From Microcoleus sp. (lineage in GTDB: Bacteria > Cyanobacteriota > Cyanobacteriia > Cyanobacteriales > Microcoleaceae), in assembly GCA_052279835.1 (NCBI GenBank), contig CP181291.1:3072001-3136000 (forward strand): a stretch of 64,000 nt of DNA, given 5' to 3'. The position numbers and the translations under genes were made by a program. Position 1 is the stretch's first letter; the number at the start of each line of letters is the position of its first letter. Under the pieces are notes generated by a model. The model did no database searches. It was given only the letters and a program-made list of their open reading frames with translations, and was not told where the DNA came from. Shown here piece by piece: positions 52,024 through 62,596 of this stretch.

Positions 52024-52676
52024 GGCTGGTGCAACTGCTGAATAAACTTTTGATAAAACTGCTCATGTGAGCCGGAAAAGTTTTCCATTCCAGTCTTTGT
52101 TAAATACCCACTCTTCTTTTGAGTATGTGGATTTTTTACATAGCTGTAAATCATTTTTTGACGCTCTGGATTCTCATGCCAGGTAATGTTGAAAGCTGCG
52201 TATTTTGGGAAAAAAGTCATTTCTGAATACGCATCAATTCGATCGTGAATCCACCAAGCTAATGCTGTCCAATCTTCTGTCTGATGGTAATAAGGAATAA
52301 AAGAAGTCACAACCACACAGGCAGTTGCACCCATATACCCATTCTGATCTCTGACATCCCAGATGTGCCCTGCATAATTATACTCATTACTGGCGCAACT
52401 ATATTGATTTTGATTTTCCGCACCTATTTTATTGACAGCACTAGCACGGAAAGCCGAACGGACGCTGATTCTACCGAGTGCATCTTGAATTGGCTCAAGC
52501 ACTTTTTCGCACAGATTTTTCCCGGCTTCAATTGCTAAATCTGGATCGTCCGGGATATTGGGAATGCTTTCAATTTGTGATATTTCCGAATACAGAAATT
52601 CACGCATAAAAAAGCTCTTTGAAAGTTGGATGCGTCCTAATTCTTCCAGAGATTTTACTGTTTGCGGTTTTCTCAT
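52005..52676 (-). CDS. Peptidase M15-like protein
   Basis: LSKSFFMREFLYS, VLEPI, SAFR, AGHIWD resemble the peptidase M15 family. Confidence 0.65.
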   Translation of the reverse strand: MRKPQTVKSLEELGRIQLSKSFFMREFLYSEISQIESIPNIPDDPDLAIEAGKNLCEKVLEPIQDALGRISVRSAFRASAVNKIGAENQNQYSCASNEYNYAGHIWDVRDQNGYMGATACVVVTSFIPYYHQTEDWTALAWWIHDRIDAYSEMTFFPKYAAFNITWHENPERQKMIYSYVKNPHTQKKSGYLTKTGMENFSGSHEQFYQKFIQQLHQPANQGL

Positions 52677-52704
52677 ATTTTTAACACAGTTTTTATATTT
52701 CGAT

Positions 52705-52989
52705 TTACCAAGTTACTCCTTTCATCTCAACTGGGAATAATTTACGCTCAGAGAGACGATCTTCATCTAATGCACGAATCAAGTATTGACCTGTTTCTTG
52801 CTGTTCTTCAATATCTTCATCGTCTATCCAAGACTGAAGCAGGTTAACAGCCTTAGCTTGTTTTTGCCTTAAAAAAACAAGACTTTTTAAAAGCTGTAAG
52901 GTCACAGATTCAATTGAAATCCCTTGTTGGTTCGCTTCCTGCAAGAGATATTGCTCAACTTCTGACGGTAGATCAAGGATTAGTGTCAT
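52705..52989 (-). CDS. Antitoxin-like hypothetical protein without an adjacent toxin
   Basis: MTLILDLPSEVEQYL..., LLQSW, LDEDRLSERKLFP...GVTW. Confidence 0.65.
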   Translation of the reverse strand: MTLILDLPSEVEQYLLQEANQQGISIESVTLQLLKSLVFLRQKQAKAVNLLQSWIDDEDIEEQQETGQYLIRALDEDRLSERKLFPVEMKGVTW

Positions 52990-53075
52990 AGATTTTCTTG
53001 GGTATATTCGACATATTTTAACATTCAGACTTTGTTCCCGTTAGCTATTTAAGTCTTCCATGAAGAAGGATGTAA

Positions 53076-54095
53076 TTAGCCATTGGATATGGCGACTTTC
53101 CCCACCACCTGCCGCTGTTCGAGGTGGCGAATTGCTGCGGGGACTTCGCTGAGATTGTAGCGCCGATCGATCCAGGGAACAATCTTGCCTGCCACCATCA
53201 GCTCCCTCAACGTGGCGAGATCCGCTTGATTGGGTTTTGCAGCTAGGGATTTCACTTTCTGGCGACTGATTCTCGAAATCCAAGGGCCGAGAAACATCAC
53301 CTGAAAAAATTGAGCTGTGGAACCACCAATCAAGACGTAGGTTCCTTCGGGTGTCAAGGCTGGCAGATAGTCGAACACTGAACGGTAAGCCGCCGCGTCC
53401 AGAATCAAGTCGTAATGCTGTCCATTTTGGGTCACGTCTACTTGAGTGTAATCAATAATATGATCGGCACCGATCGCACTCACCATATCCATTTTTTTCG
53501 TACTACATACAGCAGTCACCTCAGCCCCAAAAGCCTTCGCAATCTGCACTGCAAACGACCCTACACCACCAGACGCACCATTAATCAACACTTTTTGCCC
53601 CGGCTGAATCTGCCCAACATCCCGCAGTCCTTGTAGGGCTGCAAGGCCTGCGCCAGGAACGGTTGCAGCTTCTTCAAAAGTCGCGTTGACTGGCTTCATC
53701 GCCAATGCCGCTTCGGTGACACAGACATACTCGGCAAACGCGCCAAAACCACACTCGGACAAGTCTCCAAACACCTCATCACCGGGCTGAAACTGCGTCA
53801 CATCTTTGCCAATCGCTTCCACCCGTCCAGCCATATCACAACCGAGGATCTTAATTTTGGGCTTGATTAGACCCCCGAAAATCAGGCGGATGAAGAACGG
53901 CGTACCCCTCATCAGATGCCAGTCCGCAGCATTGATGGAGGCCGCGTGAACCCTCACCAGTACGCCATTGTCTGGTACGACTGGCTTGTCAACCTCTTCC
54001 AGTCTCAACACATCCGCTGAACCATATTCAGTTTGAACGATCGCTCTCATTTGGCGATCGGCTTGGACAGGGGCAAGGGTGTTTGCTGTTTTCAT
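53076..54095 (-). CDS. NAD(P)-dependent medium-chain dehydrogenase/reductase (quinone oxidoreductase-like)
   Basis: VHAASINAAD, GAFAEY, VLINGASGGVGSFAVQ. Confidence 0.92.
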   Translation of the reverse strand: MKTANTLAPVQADRQMRAIVQTEYGSADVLRLEEVDKPVVPDNGVLVRVHAASINAADWHLMRGTPFFIRLIFGGLIKPKIKILGCDMAGRVEAIGKDVTQFQPGDEVFGDLSECGFGAFAEYVCVTEAALAMKPVNATFEEAATVPGAGLAALQGLRDVGQIQPGQKVLINGASGGVGSFAVQIAKAFGAEVTAVCSTKKMDMVSAIGADHIIDYTQVDVTQNGQHYDLILDAAAYRSVFDYLPALTPEGTYVLIGGSTAQFFQVMFLGPWISRISRQKVKSLAAKPNQADLATLRELMVAGKIVPWIDRRYNLSEVPAAIRHLEQRQVVGKVAISNG

Positions 54096-54158
54096 GGCTT
54101 TTCTCTCAAATTGGGGCAGAAACTGAATCAAGAGCGAGCCAAGCCTCTATCGCTTTGG

Positions 54159-54197
54159 CTTACACTGTAAGTCTAACTTACGCCGTAAGTTTGTCAA
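54159..54197. promoter_or_regulatory. Tandem TetR-type operators next to a -35 box
   Basis: CTTACactGTAAG (54159-54171), AACTTACG-C-CGTAAGTT (54175-54191), minus-strand TTGACA at 54192-54197. Confidence 0.7.
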
Positions 54198-54235
54198 GAT
54201 GAATAGTAAACTTAGCGTTTAGAAAACGATAATTT

Positions 54236-54330
54236 TGTAGGGGTAGTGCCAAGAGTGCCTACCCTCCTCTCCTCCACGATTTTGTATGTGTTTCAGGGAT
54301 TGGGGCAACCACGGGGGGATTGCCCCTACA
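54236..54330. repeat. GTAG REP-like doublet
   Basis: tgtaggggtag...ggggcaaccacggggggattgcccctaca. Confidence 0.65.
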
Positions 54331-54403
54331 AGAGAATGAAACCCGCCCTGCTCTAGAAATGGGCTTTGCTTTGTCCGTTAGGAATCGATTTGAGAAAAGT
54401 TAA

Positions 54404-55072
54404 ATGGCTAAGACGATCGACTCAGATACCGCGCCCCAAGTCCCTTTAAGTCGGGAACGAGTGCTGCGCGCGGCGATACGCATGGCTGACGAGGGTGGCA
54501 TTGACTCCCTCTCGATGCGGAAGCTGGCTCAGGAGTTGGGCGTTCAGGCGATGTCGCTGTATAACCACGTAGCGAACAAGGATGACATACTGGATGGCAT
54601 CGTCGATATGGTTGCCAGCGAGATTGAGGTGCCGAATCTTGGTGTTGACTGGAAGACGGCCATGCGACGGCGGGCGACTTCTGCCCATGAGGTGCTGGTG
54701 CGTCATCCCTGGGCGACAATGGCGATCGTGTCACGGGCGAATGTGGGGCCCGCGATGTTGCGCTATGTGGATGGGACGCTGGGCTGTCTATGCGAGGCGG
54801 GCTTTTCGCTGGAGATGGCCGATCGCGTGTGGAATGCGATCGACAGTCACATCTATGGATTCACCCTTCAAGAGCTCAACTTTCCCTTCGAGGCGACGGA
54901 GTATTCCCAAGTGGCGCAAACCGGACTTTCACTCATCCCCGCTGACAAATACCCTTACCTCAACAGGCTCACGCATTACGTCATAGAGGGTCGTTATAAC
55001 GGTATTCATGATTTCGACTTCGGGCTAGAATTGCTCCTCAACAGCCTCGATAAATTTCGAGACAAGGTTTGA
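54404..55072 (+). CDS. TetR/AcrR family regulator (TetR_C type)
   Basis: LSMRKLAQELGVQAMSLYNHVANKDDI; FDFGLELLL. Confidence 0.93.
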   Translation: MAKTIDSDTAPQVPLSRERVLRAAIRMADEGGIDSLSMRKLAQELGVQAMSLYNHVANKDDILDGIVDMVASEIEVPNLGVDWKTAMRRRATSAHEVLVRHPWATMAIVSRANVGPAMLRYVDGTLGCLCEAGFSLEMADRVWNAIDSHIYGFTLQELNFPFEATEYSQVAQTGLSLIPADKYPYLNRLTHYVIEGRYNGIHDFDFGLELLLNSLDKFRDKV

Positions 55073-55486
55073 TTATCGAAACTTTCGGTCAGACTCTTGA
55101 ATTAGCACATCATTAATACTAGCTTCACGTCTTCGCATCAACCCATTTTCGGCAAATTCCCACTGTTCGTTACCATAGGCGCGATACCAGTAGCCAGAAT
55201 CATCATGCCACTCATATTCAAAGCGCACAGAAATCCGATTGTCTGTAAAACTCCATAGTTCTTTTTTCAAACGATAGTCTAATTCTTTTGCCCATTTGCG
55301 TTTTAAGAAAGCTTTGATTTCTGCTCTTCCACTAAAAAATTCGGCGCGATTTCGCCACTGTGAATCTTCGGTGTAAGCTAAGGCTACTCGTTCTGGATCG
55401 CGACTATTCCAAGCATCTTCTGCGGCTTGAACTTTTGCTTTAGCTGTTTCTAAGGTAAAAGGTGGTAGAGGTGGTTTAGTTTCCAT
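55073..55486 (-). CDS. DUF1348 (NTF2-like) protein
   Basis: [27 protein letters not shown]. Confidence 0.92.
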   Translation of the reverse strand: METKPPLPPFTLETAKAKVQAAEDAWNSRDPERVALAYTEDSQWRNRAEFFSGRAEIKAFLKRKWAKELDYRLKKELWSFTDNRISVRFEYEWHDDSGYWYRAYGNEQWEFAENGLMRRREASINDVLIQESDRKFR

Positions 55487-55539
55487 GTCGATTTAGATAG
55501 AGGATATAGTGCCAGTTACTCACGTAGAATACACTTGGG

Positions 55540-56208
55540 TTAAGGGAAAACAAGGCATTCATTACCAGATTCCCATTTCGGATATTTAGGCATAATCCTA
55601 GTGTAAATTTCGGAGTCTACAAACTCGGTTAACCAAGACTGTAAGTCTGGCAAAGACTGTTGATTAAACCATTCTATATCCGTATTAGCAAATTGACGAA
55701 CAAAAGGGGCGATCGCCCTATCTGCCAACGCCACACGATTCCCAAACAAATATCTGGTCTCCCTCAACCGTGAGTTGAGTAATTCCAGATATAAATAACC
55801 TTCTGTTCGATGAACAATTGCATCAGTATTTTCATAACGATTCGGGTATTTATAACGGTCGAGATTATATTTGAAACCCCGATCGCATTTATCGATTAAT
55901 TCCAGCATTTGCTCAACAGAACCTTGCTCTGGCGTTAACCATTGTTCAGGATCGTGTTGCTCCAGAGCCCAAAACATGATGTCAATACTTTCCTCTAATA
56001 CCCGTCCATCGCGATCGACCAATACTGGCACTGTACCTTTGGGAGATACATCCAACATTTCCTGGGGTTTATCGCGCAAGACAACCTCCCTTAATTCACA
56101 CACTATCCCGCTTGCAACCACAGCCAAGCGCGCCCGCATCGCATAGGGACAGCGGCGAAAAGAATACAAAATTGGGTAATTTGAAATACCTTCAGTTGGT
56201 GCTATCAT
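55540..56208 (-). CDS. Glutathione S-transferase family protein
   Basis: [28 protein letters not shown]. Confidence 0.92.
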   Translation of the reverse strand: MIAPTEGISNYPILYSFRRCPYAMRARLAVVASGIVCELREVVLRDKPQEMLDVSPKGTVPVLVDRDGRVLEESIDIMFWALEQHDPEQWLTPEQGSVEQMLELIDKCDRGFKYNLDRYKYPNRYENTDAIVHRTEGYLYLELLNSRLRETRYLFGNRVALADRAIAPFVRQFANTDIEWFNQQSLPDLQSWLTEFVDSEIYTRIMPKYPKWESGNECLVFP

Positions 56209-57139
56209 CGGGTTTTTCCTGAGCATGATAACGCGCACCAATATGTTTTTGGTCGCGACTCTTAGCCAACTCAATCTGACGTTGCCGTTCCGATAAACTT
56301 TGTTTCTGTGCTTCCGTTTTTGTACCATAGCAATGAGGACAACTCATCCCTAATACAAATAATTCCGAAGCTCGATCTTCCTGACTAATCGGGTGGCGGC
56401 AAGCGCGACAAAGTTCATAGTCACCGGGCTTTAATCCATGACCAACTGTCACACGTTCATCAAACACAAAACATTCGCCTTCCCAACGACTTTCCGCTTC
56501 CGGGACAGTTTCTAAATATTTCAAAATTCCGCCTTCTAGGTGATAGACTTCATCAAAACCTACCTTACGTAAAAAAGCAGTAGATTTCTCGCACCGAATC
56601 CCACCTGTGCAGAACATCGCTACCTTGGGTTTTTCCCGTAACGCCGTTTCTTTAAGTACCCATTCTGGTAATTCGGAAAAGCTTTTTGTTTTAGGATCGA
56701 TCGCACCTTTAAAAGTGCCGATCGATACTTCGTAGTCATTACGCACATCAACTACGACAACATCAGGATCGTCAAGCAGTTTGTTCCATTCTTCGGGCTT
56801 GACATATTGACCAGCCATCTGGTTAGGATTAATATCAGGTACACCCATCGTGACAATTTCCCGCTTCAAGCGTACCTTGAGGCGATAAAACGGTAATTTT
56901 TCTGAGTAGGATTCCTTGTGTACCAAATCCGCAAAACGGCTGTCACTTCGCAGGAATGCCAGCACTGCATAGATGCTTTCGGGTGCACCTGCGATCGTCC
57001 CATTGATGCCTTCTTGGGCAAGCAGAATAGTACCAACGACTTGATTTGCCTCGCAGCAGGCGAGCAGCGGTGCTCTGAGCTCGGCAAAATCCGATAATTC
57101 AACGAACTTATATAATGCAGCGGTTAAGAATTCAGCCAT
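56192..57139 (-). CDS. trhO: Rhodanese-domain tRNA uridine(34) hydroxylase (YceA/UPF0176)
   Basis: [32 protein letters not shown]. Confidence 0.88.
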   Translation of the reverse strand: MAEFLTAALYKFVELSDFAELRAPLLACCEANQVVGTILLAQEGINGTIAGAPESIYAVLAFLRSDSRFADLVHKESYSEKLPFYRLKVRLKREIVTMGVPDINPNQMAGQYVKPEEWNKLLDDPDVVVVDVRNDYEVSIGTFKGAIDPKTKSFSELPEWVLKETALREKPKVAMFCTGGIRCEKSTAFLRKVGFDEVYHLEGGILKYLETVPEAESRWEGECFVFDERVTVGHGLKPGDYELCRACRHPISQEDRASELFVLGMSCPHCYGTKTEAQKQSLSERQRQIELAKSRDQKHIGARYHAQEKPDDSTN

Positions 57140-57232
57140 CTATCTTAGTATTTATTTCAACTGAAAAAACAAATCACTCCTAGCATCATATCATCCCCGG
57201 TCTGTGGTTAGGCGCTCTTTTTTAAACTAAAT

Positions 57233-59452
57233 TTAATTTGACAAATCATTTGAGCGGACTCTAATATTTTGAGGGAGTACGATCGCAAATTCCGTACCTG
57301 CTCCTGGTGTAGAAGTGCAAATCAAATCTCCTTGATGTTTATCTCGCACAATCTGATAAGCTATCGACAATCCTAATCCTGTACCTTTTCCTACAGGTTT
57401 TGTGGTAAAAAAGGGATCGAATATCTTAGATATTAAATTTTCTTTTATGCCCAACCCATTATCTCTAATTCTGACTATCGCCAAATTTTCGGGGGTCATT
57501 TCCGTAGAAATTACAATAGTTGGGTTACTATTGATATAATCCATCTTGGATTCTTGAACAGCGTCGATCGCATTACTCAAAATATTCATAAAAACTTGGT
57601 TTAACAAACCAGGATAACACTCTACTTTTGATAAAATGCCATAGTTTTTAATCACTTCAATTGCAGGTTTTTGCTCAGTCGCTCTCAAACGATGTTGTAA
57701 AATCATCAGAGTGCTTTCCAAACCAGAGCGCAGGTCAACTGGTTTCAATTCTGATTCGTCTAGTCGAGAAAAGTTTCGCAAATTCAGCACAATATCTGTG
57801 ATGCGATTCGTTCCTTCTTGCATGGAATCCATAATTTTTTGTAAGTCCTCTTTCACGAAATCTAAATCGCAATTTGCTAAAGATTTGTGAAGTTCAGGCG
57901 TAGGACTAGGATAGTGTTTTTCGTAAAGATTAATTATTTCTAGCAGTTCTTCAATATATTCTTTAGTACAGGTGATGTTACCATGAATAAAGTTGACTGG
58001 ATTGTTAATTTCATGGGCAATGCCTGCCACCATTTGCCCTAAACTAGACATTTTTTCAGTTTGGACTAATTGGGATTGAGTTGTTTGGAGGTTGTAAAGA
58101 GCTTCCGAAAGTTCTTTGGTGCGTTGTTCTACTCTATTTTCTAATTGTTCATTAGTGGTTTTGAGAGTTATGAAATATTCCCGCAGCCGCTCTGCCATCC
58201 TGTTGAAAGAAGTGGCTAAAATTCCTATTTCTGTAATGCTCGATCCAGGCACGTTTTGATCTAATTCTCCCGCAGCGATCGCTTGGGACGCGGTGACAAT
58301 CCGAAAGATAGATTGGATAATGCGGCGAGAGGTACAAATCCCCAAGGAAACTGCTACTAACAATGCTCCCGCACACAGCCCAATTGTAGTGCGAGTATTG
58401 GCGTTAATTTGTTCTGTAAAGTCAGATTCGGGAACGACAACTACTACTAGCCAGTCTAAACCAAATTTATCCTGCCAAGGTGCTGTACGGACAAATTGGC
58501 GACGACCTTTATCGGTAAATTGTAAGTTATGATTTTCTGTGATTTCCCGAAAACTTCCAAAGGTTTTATTCAAATAAGTAGCTGTGGATTTAATTAAAGT
58601 TTCGCTACTATTTACAGCATTAATTCTCTCGGCTTTTTTGTTAGTTATTTTAAAAGGATGTTCCTGAGACGAACTCGCTACCAGCATACCGTCGCGCTCT
58701 ACAATAAAAATTTTACCGGAAGAACTAACTGCTATTTTTCGCAGATAATCACTGATTTGAGAAAGGCGGATATCAACAACCAAAACACCTTGTAAACTGT
58801 TATTATTGTAGATGGGATAGCCAGAAGCAATAGATAAAATTTCGGGAAAACCTTCCCAATTAGTAATTTTACTCCAAATCGGTTTCCTCGAACGGATGGC
58901 TTGTTTATACACCAGATCGTTCCGAGGCTCGTAATCATATACATATTCCAAATGAATGCGATTTCCTTGCCCATCTGTATGGTAACTGTGAGTTTTACCT
59001 TTAGTCTTGGCTGAAAGTTCATCAATAGCTATTTTTCCAGGATCGAGGAAATATCCAGAACCAACATAGTTACCTTGGGCTGAACTGTAGAAGATGTACC
59101 CAACATTAAATACCTGCATTTCTTTCCAAAAAAAATGTCCTACTTTAGGAAAGTTTTGTAAGTCTAATTGTCCTAATTTAATAGCATCGGCATTAATTTG
59201 ATTGATTTGTTGAGGTGTTGCTAAATAGGTGTCTAGGTGCTGATGGATGCGATCGCTAACTTCGTTGCTGAGTCGATTGGCTAAGTCGTTAATGGCTTTT
59301 TGTCCGTTGCGGAATGATAAATATCCCGTTAAGCCTACGGCGGCGAAGATTTGTAGGACAAAGGGAACGATCAGGAGGGTTTGCAGGGATAATTTTCGGT
59401 TCGCTGGATTGGAAAAAGGAAGTTTCGTCAAAATTGTGGTCGGTTTTACCAT
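57233..59452 (-). CDS. Cache-HAMP sensor histidine kinase
   Basis: Two TM segments, HAMP, AGIAHEINNP, NAIDA, DPFFTTKPVGKGTGLGL. Confidence 0.93.
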   Translation of the reverse strand: MVKPTTILTKLPFSNPANRKLSLQTLLIVPFVLQIFAAVGLTGYLSFRNGQKAINDLANRLSNEVSDRIHQHLDTYLATPQQINQINADAIKLGQLDLQNFPKVGHFFWKEMQVFNVGYIFYSSAQGNYVGSGYFLDPGKIAIDELSAKTKGKTHSYHTDGQGNRIHLEYVYDYEPRNDLVYKQAIRSRKPIWSKITNWEGFPEILSIASGYPIYNNNSLQGVLVVDIRLSQISDYLRKIAVSSSGKIFIVERDGMLVASSSQEHPFKITNKKAERINAVNSSETLIKSTATYLNKTFGSFREITENHNLQFTDKGRRQFVRTAPWQDKFGLDWLVVVVVPESDFTEQINANTRTTIGLCAGALLVAVSLGICTSRRIIQSIFRIVTASQAIAAGELDQNVPGSSITEIGILATSFNRMAERLREYFITLKTTNEQLENRVEQRTKELSEALYNLQTTQSQLVQTEKMSSLGQMVAGIAHEINNPVNFIHGNITCTKEYIEELLEIINLYEKHYPSPTPELHKSLANCDLDFVKEDLQKIMDSMQEGTNRITDIVLNLRNFSRLDESELKPVDLRSGLESTLMILQHRLRATEQKPAIEVIKNYGILSKVECYPGLLNQVFMNILSNAIDAVQESKMDYINSNPTIVISTEMTPENLAIVRIRDNGLGIKENLISKIFDPFFTTKPVGKGTGLGLSIAYQIVRDKHQGDLICTSTPGAGTEFAIVLPQNIRVRSNDLSN

Positions 59453-59757
59453 GGGCTGTATATCGGAAGTTTTGCGATCGCAGAAATAGAGGATTATCGC
59501 CAAGTAACATCATCCTCTATGTAGCCATGATATGCTATTTGTCCCCCAAGACGATTGATTATCCCTAATTTTTATGACTTTTTGATAAATTCTAGATTCT
59601 TGACTACTATAATACTATCATTGTCAGTCCGCACCGACCAATAGCTGCGACATCAATCAACATCTCCCATAATTCCTGTGGAACAGGCCTCAAGAACCTG
59701 TTCTTGACTATCTTTGTGGGAGACATCAATATTCCTAACTTACTAAAATTAACAGTT

Positions 59758-60534
59758 ATGTGCCAATTACTAGGAATGAACTGTAATGTTCCCACAGATA
59801 TTTGCTTTTCTTTTGAAGGTTTTTCGGCCAGGGGTGGCAAAACAGACATTCATCAAGATGGTTGGGGAATCGCTTTCTTTGAGGGTTTAGGATGCCGCAT
59901 TTTTATAGATTCTAAACCTGCCATTAGTTCTCCAGTGGCTGATTTAGTGCGTCGCTATCCAATTCATTCAACTAACGTGATCGCTCACATCCGTAAAGCT
60001 ACTCAAGGTGACATAGTTCTGGAAAATTGCCATCCTTTTGGGCGGGAACTTTGGGGGCGCTATTGGGTGTTTGCTCACAACGGAAATCTGGAAAATTTTA
60101 ATCCTGAAAGTGCTGGGTTTTACAAGCCTGTGGGTAAAACTGACAGTGAAAAAGCGTTTTGTTTGATATTGGAAAAATTGCGATCGACTTTTCCTGAATA
60201 TAAGCCGGATTTAACTGAACTTTACCCGGTCTTGAATGAAATTACTAAAAGTTTAGCAGAGTACGGAATTTTTAATTATTTACTTTCCGATGGAGAACAT
60301 TTGTTTGTGCATTGTTCTACCAACTTGCATTATATTGTGAGACAAGCACCTTTTGCTAGCGCCCACTCGATCGATGAAGATGTGACTGTGGATTTTCGGG
60401 AATTGACCAACGAGGGCGATCGCGTGGCAGTAATTGCTACTTTACCACTTACGGATAATGAAGTTTGGACGAAGATTCAGCCGGGAGAATTGCTGGTATT
60501 TCATGAGGGTTTACCAATCAATTTTGAAAGATAA
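59758..60534 (+). CDS. Class II glutamine amidotransferase (YafJ-like)
   Basis: MCQLLGMNC N-terminal nucleophile; DGWG, HIRKAT, FAHNG, TDSE. Confidence 0.93.
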   Translation: MCQLLGMNCNVPTDICFSFEGFSARGGKTDIHQDGWGIAFFEGLGCRIFIDSKPAISSPVADLVRRYPIHSTNVIAHIRKATQGDIVLENCHPFGRELWGRYWVFAHNGNLENFNPESAGFYKPVGKTDSEKAFCLILEKLRSTFPEYKPDLTELYPVLNEITKSLAEYGIFNYLLSDGEHLFVHCSTNLHYIVRQAPFASAHSIDEDVTVDFRELTNEGDRVAVIATLPLTDNEVWTKIQPGELLVFHEGLPINFER

Positions 60535-60673
60535 ATAGCCTACCAGATTTAGTTTTGTAAATAGGTGAGGGGCGATCGCCTTTGGATAATATCATGACTC
60601 TAGGTCTATCTGCACTTGTGGGCGATCGCAAATAACTTCCAGGTAGCGTCGCAACAGTATTCTTGATGATTAA

Positions 60674-61030
60674 CTACTCATCAACAGTCATATCTTCAAA
60701 CAAAATAGGTTCAATTCGTTTCAATACTTCCTTAAGCAAATCTTCTGAACATTCACCAAGAAAACTTGCTTGCCTTGCGCGAGCATCTAAAGAACGGAGT
60801 TGATCTGTCATAATTACACCTGTCACCGCCTTACATTCTGGAATGGGAACATAAAACGGATTTTTGCGTTGCGTGGTGCTAATGGGACAGACAAACACAA
60901 ACCCCATTTTTCGGTTAAATTTAGTTTGACTCACAACCAGTGCAGGTCTAGTACCCATTTGTTCGTGTCCTGCTTGAGGATCGAAATTGAGACGAATGAA
61001 ATGACCTGGTTCGGGGATATAGTTTACTAA
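60674..61030 (-). CDS. mazF: MazF/PemK toxin; likely start codon mutated (TTA)
   Basis: FDPQAGHEQ.G.RPALVVS, CPIST, DQLRSLD. Confidence 0.85.
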   Translation of the reverse strand, partial: LVNYIPEPGHFIRLNFDPQAGHEQMGTRPALVVSQTKFNRKMGFVFVCPISTTQRKNPFYVPIPECKAVTGVIMTDQLRSLDARARQASFLGECSEDLLKEVLKRIEPILFEDMTVDE

Positions 61031-61272
61031 ACTTCTTCTCCTTCTGGTTTTCCCCAAGAGATTTCTTCGCTGGGTTCTATTTCGCCTGCTAATAGTTCAT
61101 CTAGGGTATATTTGGAAATTTTCTGATTTACAGGCTCTATGACCATTTTTCCATTTTCTATAGTCCAAATTACGGAATCATCTGCTTTCAGGTTGAAAAG
61201 TTTTACAATATAGTCTGGTATTGGCAAAGCTAAGGAATTACCCAAGTTGCTGAGGTGTATTTTTGCTGTCAT
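61027..61272 (-). CDS. mazE: MazE/AbrB antitoxin
   Basis: GNSLALPIP, YTLDELL, EISWGKPEGEE. Confidence 0.88.
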   Translation of the reverse strand: MTAKIHLSNLGNSLALPIPDYIVKLFNLKADDSVIWTIENGKMVIEPVNQKISKYTLDELLAGEIEPSEEISWGKPEGEEV

Positions 61273-61346
61273 ACATTTGCGATTTGAATGCTTAGGTTTA
61301 TCTATTATAACAGCTAGATAAGGTTGGGCGCGATCGCGCGCAGGGG

Positions 61347-61420
61347 TTCAGAAACCGGGTTTCTTCGGAAAATCTCGTGGGGAGGCGTCAATTGTCGCAG
61401 AAACCCGGTTTCTTGGATTT
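61347..61420. repeat. AGAAACCGGGTTTCT doublet repeat
   Basis: Two 15-nt palindromes separated by about 34 nt. Confidence 0.8.
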
Positions 61421-61522
61421 CGCGGGGGGACTCAGAAACCGAGTTGCTTCACAAACCCGATCAACTATATACTTAGTTAAAGTCCGTTTGATTAACTTGG
61501 GATACTCAGTTAGTTTGTCCAT

Positions 61523-61823
61523 TCACTCAGAGAATAACTCTTCTAAATCTCGGTAGCCGCTAACAACGCGCAGAACTTCAATTCCTGCTTCGATCGGACT
61601 GTAGAAAATGAGGTAATCGTCGATCGGAAAACTCCGTACATTTTCCATTAACTCATCCCGATTGCGTCCCAGAAGGAGGAAACTTCGAGAGAGTTTGACA
61701 CTTATTGTTAATTCTGTCCAGAAAGCTTTCTGCTGCATCAAAACCGCTGCGATCGGCAATATAGTCCATAATGCTTTCTATATCCCGACTTGCCGGAACT
61801 GTAAATCTACAAATCTGATTCAT
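61523..61823 (-). pseudogene. ParE toxin with a +1 frameshift (possibly a sequencing error)
   Basis: MNQICRFTVPASRDIE...SKFP, then shifts frame to LGRNRDEL...EVLRVVSGYRDL; span is 301 nt. Confidence 0.78.
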
Positions 61824-62074
61824 CTATCTGCTTGTGTTCGACGTTGTTGTAGCTTTAAGCGCAAACTCCGAAACATATCTTCAGCATCAATTACTTCACC
61901 TCGATCGGCCGCATCCATTCCCCGACGAATTTCTTGCTGGAGTTCTTTGAATCGTCCTTTATAGATATGTTCCCATTTATCGGACTGCAAGAGTTTGATG
62001 AAAGCTAAGACTTCTTGTTGCTGGTCTGGCGATAAGACCTTCACGTTTTCCAAAATGGCTTGTTCGACGGTCAT
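61820..62074 (-). CDS. ParD-like antitoxin
   Basis: ELQQEIRRGMDAADRGEVID; ATGA overlap with the toxin. Confidence 0.8.
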   Translation of the reverse strand: MTVEQAILENVKVLSPDQQQEVLAFIKLLQSDKWEHIYKGRFKELQQEIRRGMDAADRGEVIDAEDMFRSLRLKLQQRRTQADR

Positions 62075-62154
62075 AATTATCCCTTTTTTTCGATCGCTAT
62101 TTTACAATCTAGTAACAATATTATATCAAATTGGTGGGGCAACAGCCATTCGGG

Positions 62155-62522
62155 GTTTTGGAGGCTGTTGGTGGGGGTTCAGAAACCGGGTTTCTTCCTA
62201 TATCTTGGTGGGGATTCGGAGATTGTCGCAGAAACCCGGTTTCTTGGATTAGGCGCGGAGGCCTGAGAAACCGGGTTTCTTCCTAAATTTCGGTATCCTC
62301 ACCAAGATTGTCGCAGAAACCCGGTTTCTTGGATTTTGGGGTTGTTGGTGGGGGGTGAGAAACCGGGTTTCTTCCTATATCTTGGTGGGGATTCGGAGAT
62401 TGTCGCAGAAACCCGGTTTCTTGGATTTTGGAGGCTGTTGGTGGGGGGTGAGAAACCGGGTTTCTTCCTAAATCTGGGTGGGGATTCGGAGATTGTCGCA
62501 GAAACCCGGTTTCTTGGATTTC
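62155..62522. repeat. Array of four AGAAACCGGGTTTCT doublet units (about 93-bp period at the end)
   Basis: Near-identical units agaaaccgggtttcttcc...gagattgtcgcagaaacccggtttcttggatt. Confidence 0.92.
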
Positions 62523-62596
62523 GCGGGAAGTCGAAGCAGGTTTCATGGTTTTGGGCTTTGTTCTAAATCTTTATGAAATCCTGAAACGCTTAAATG

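Noticed and set aside
62155..62522. Possible CRISPR array
   Set aside because: The intervening sequences are near-identical rather than unique spacers, the units are dispersed palindromic doublets, and no cas genes are present.
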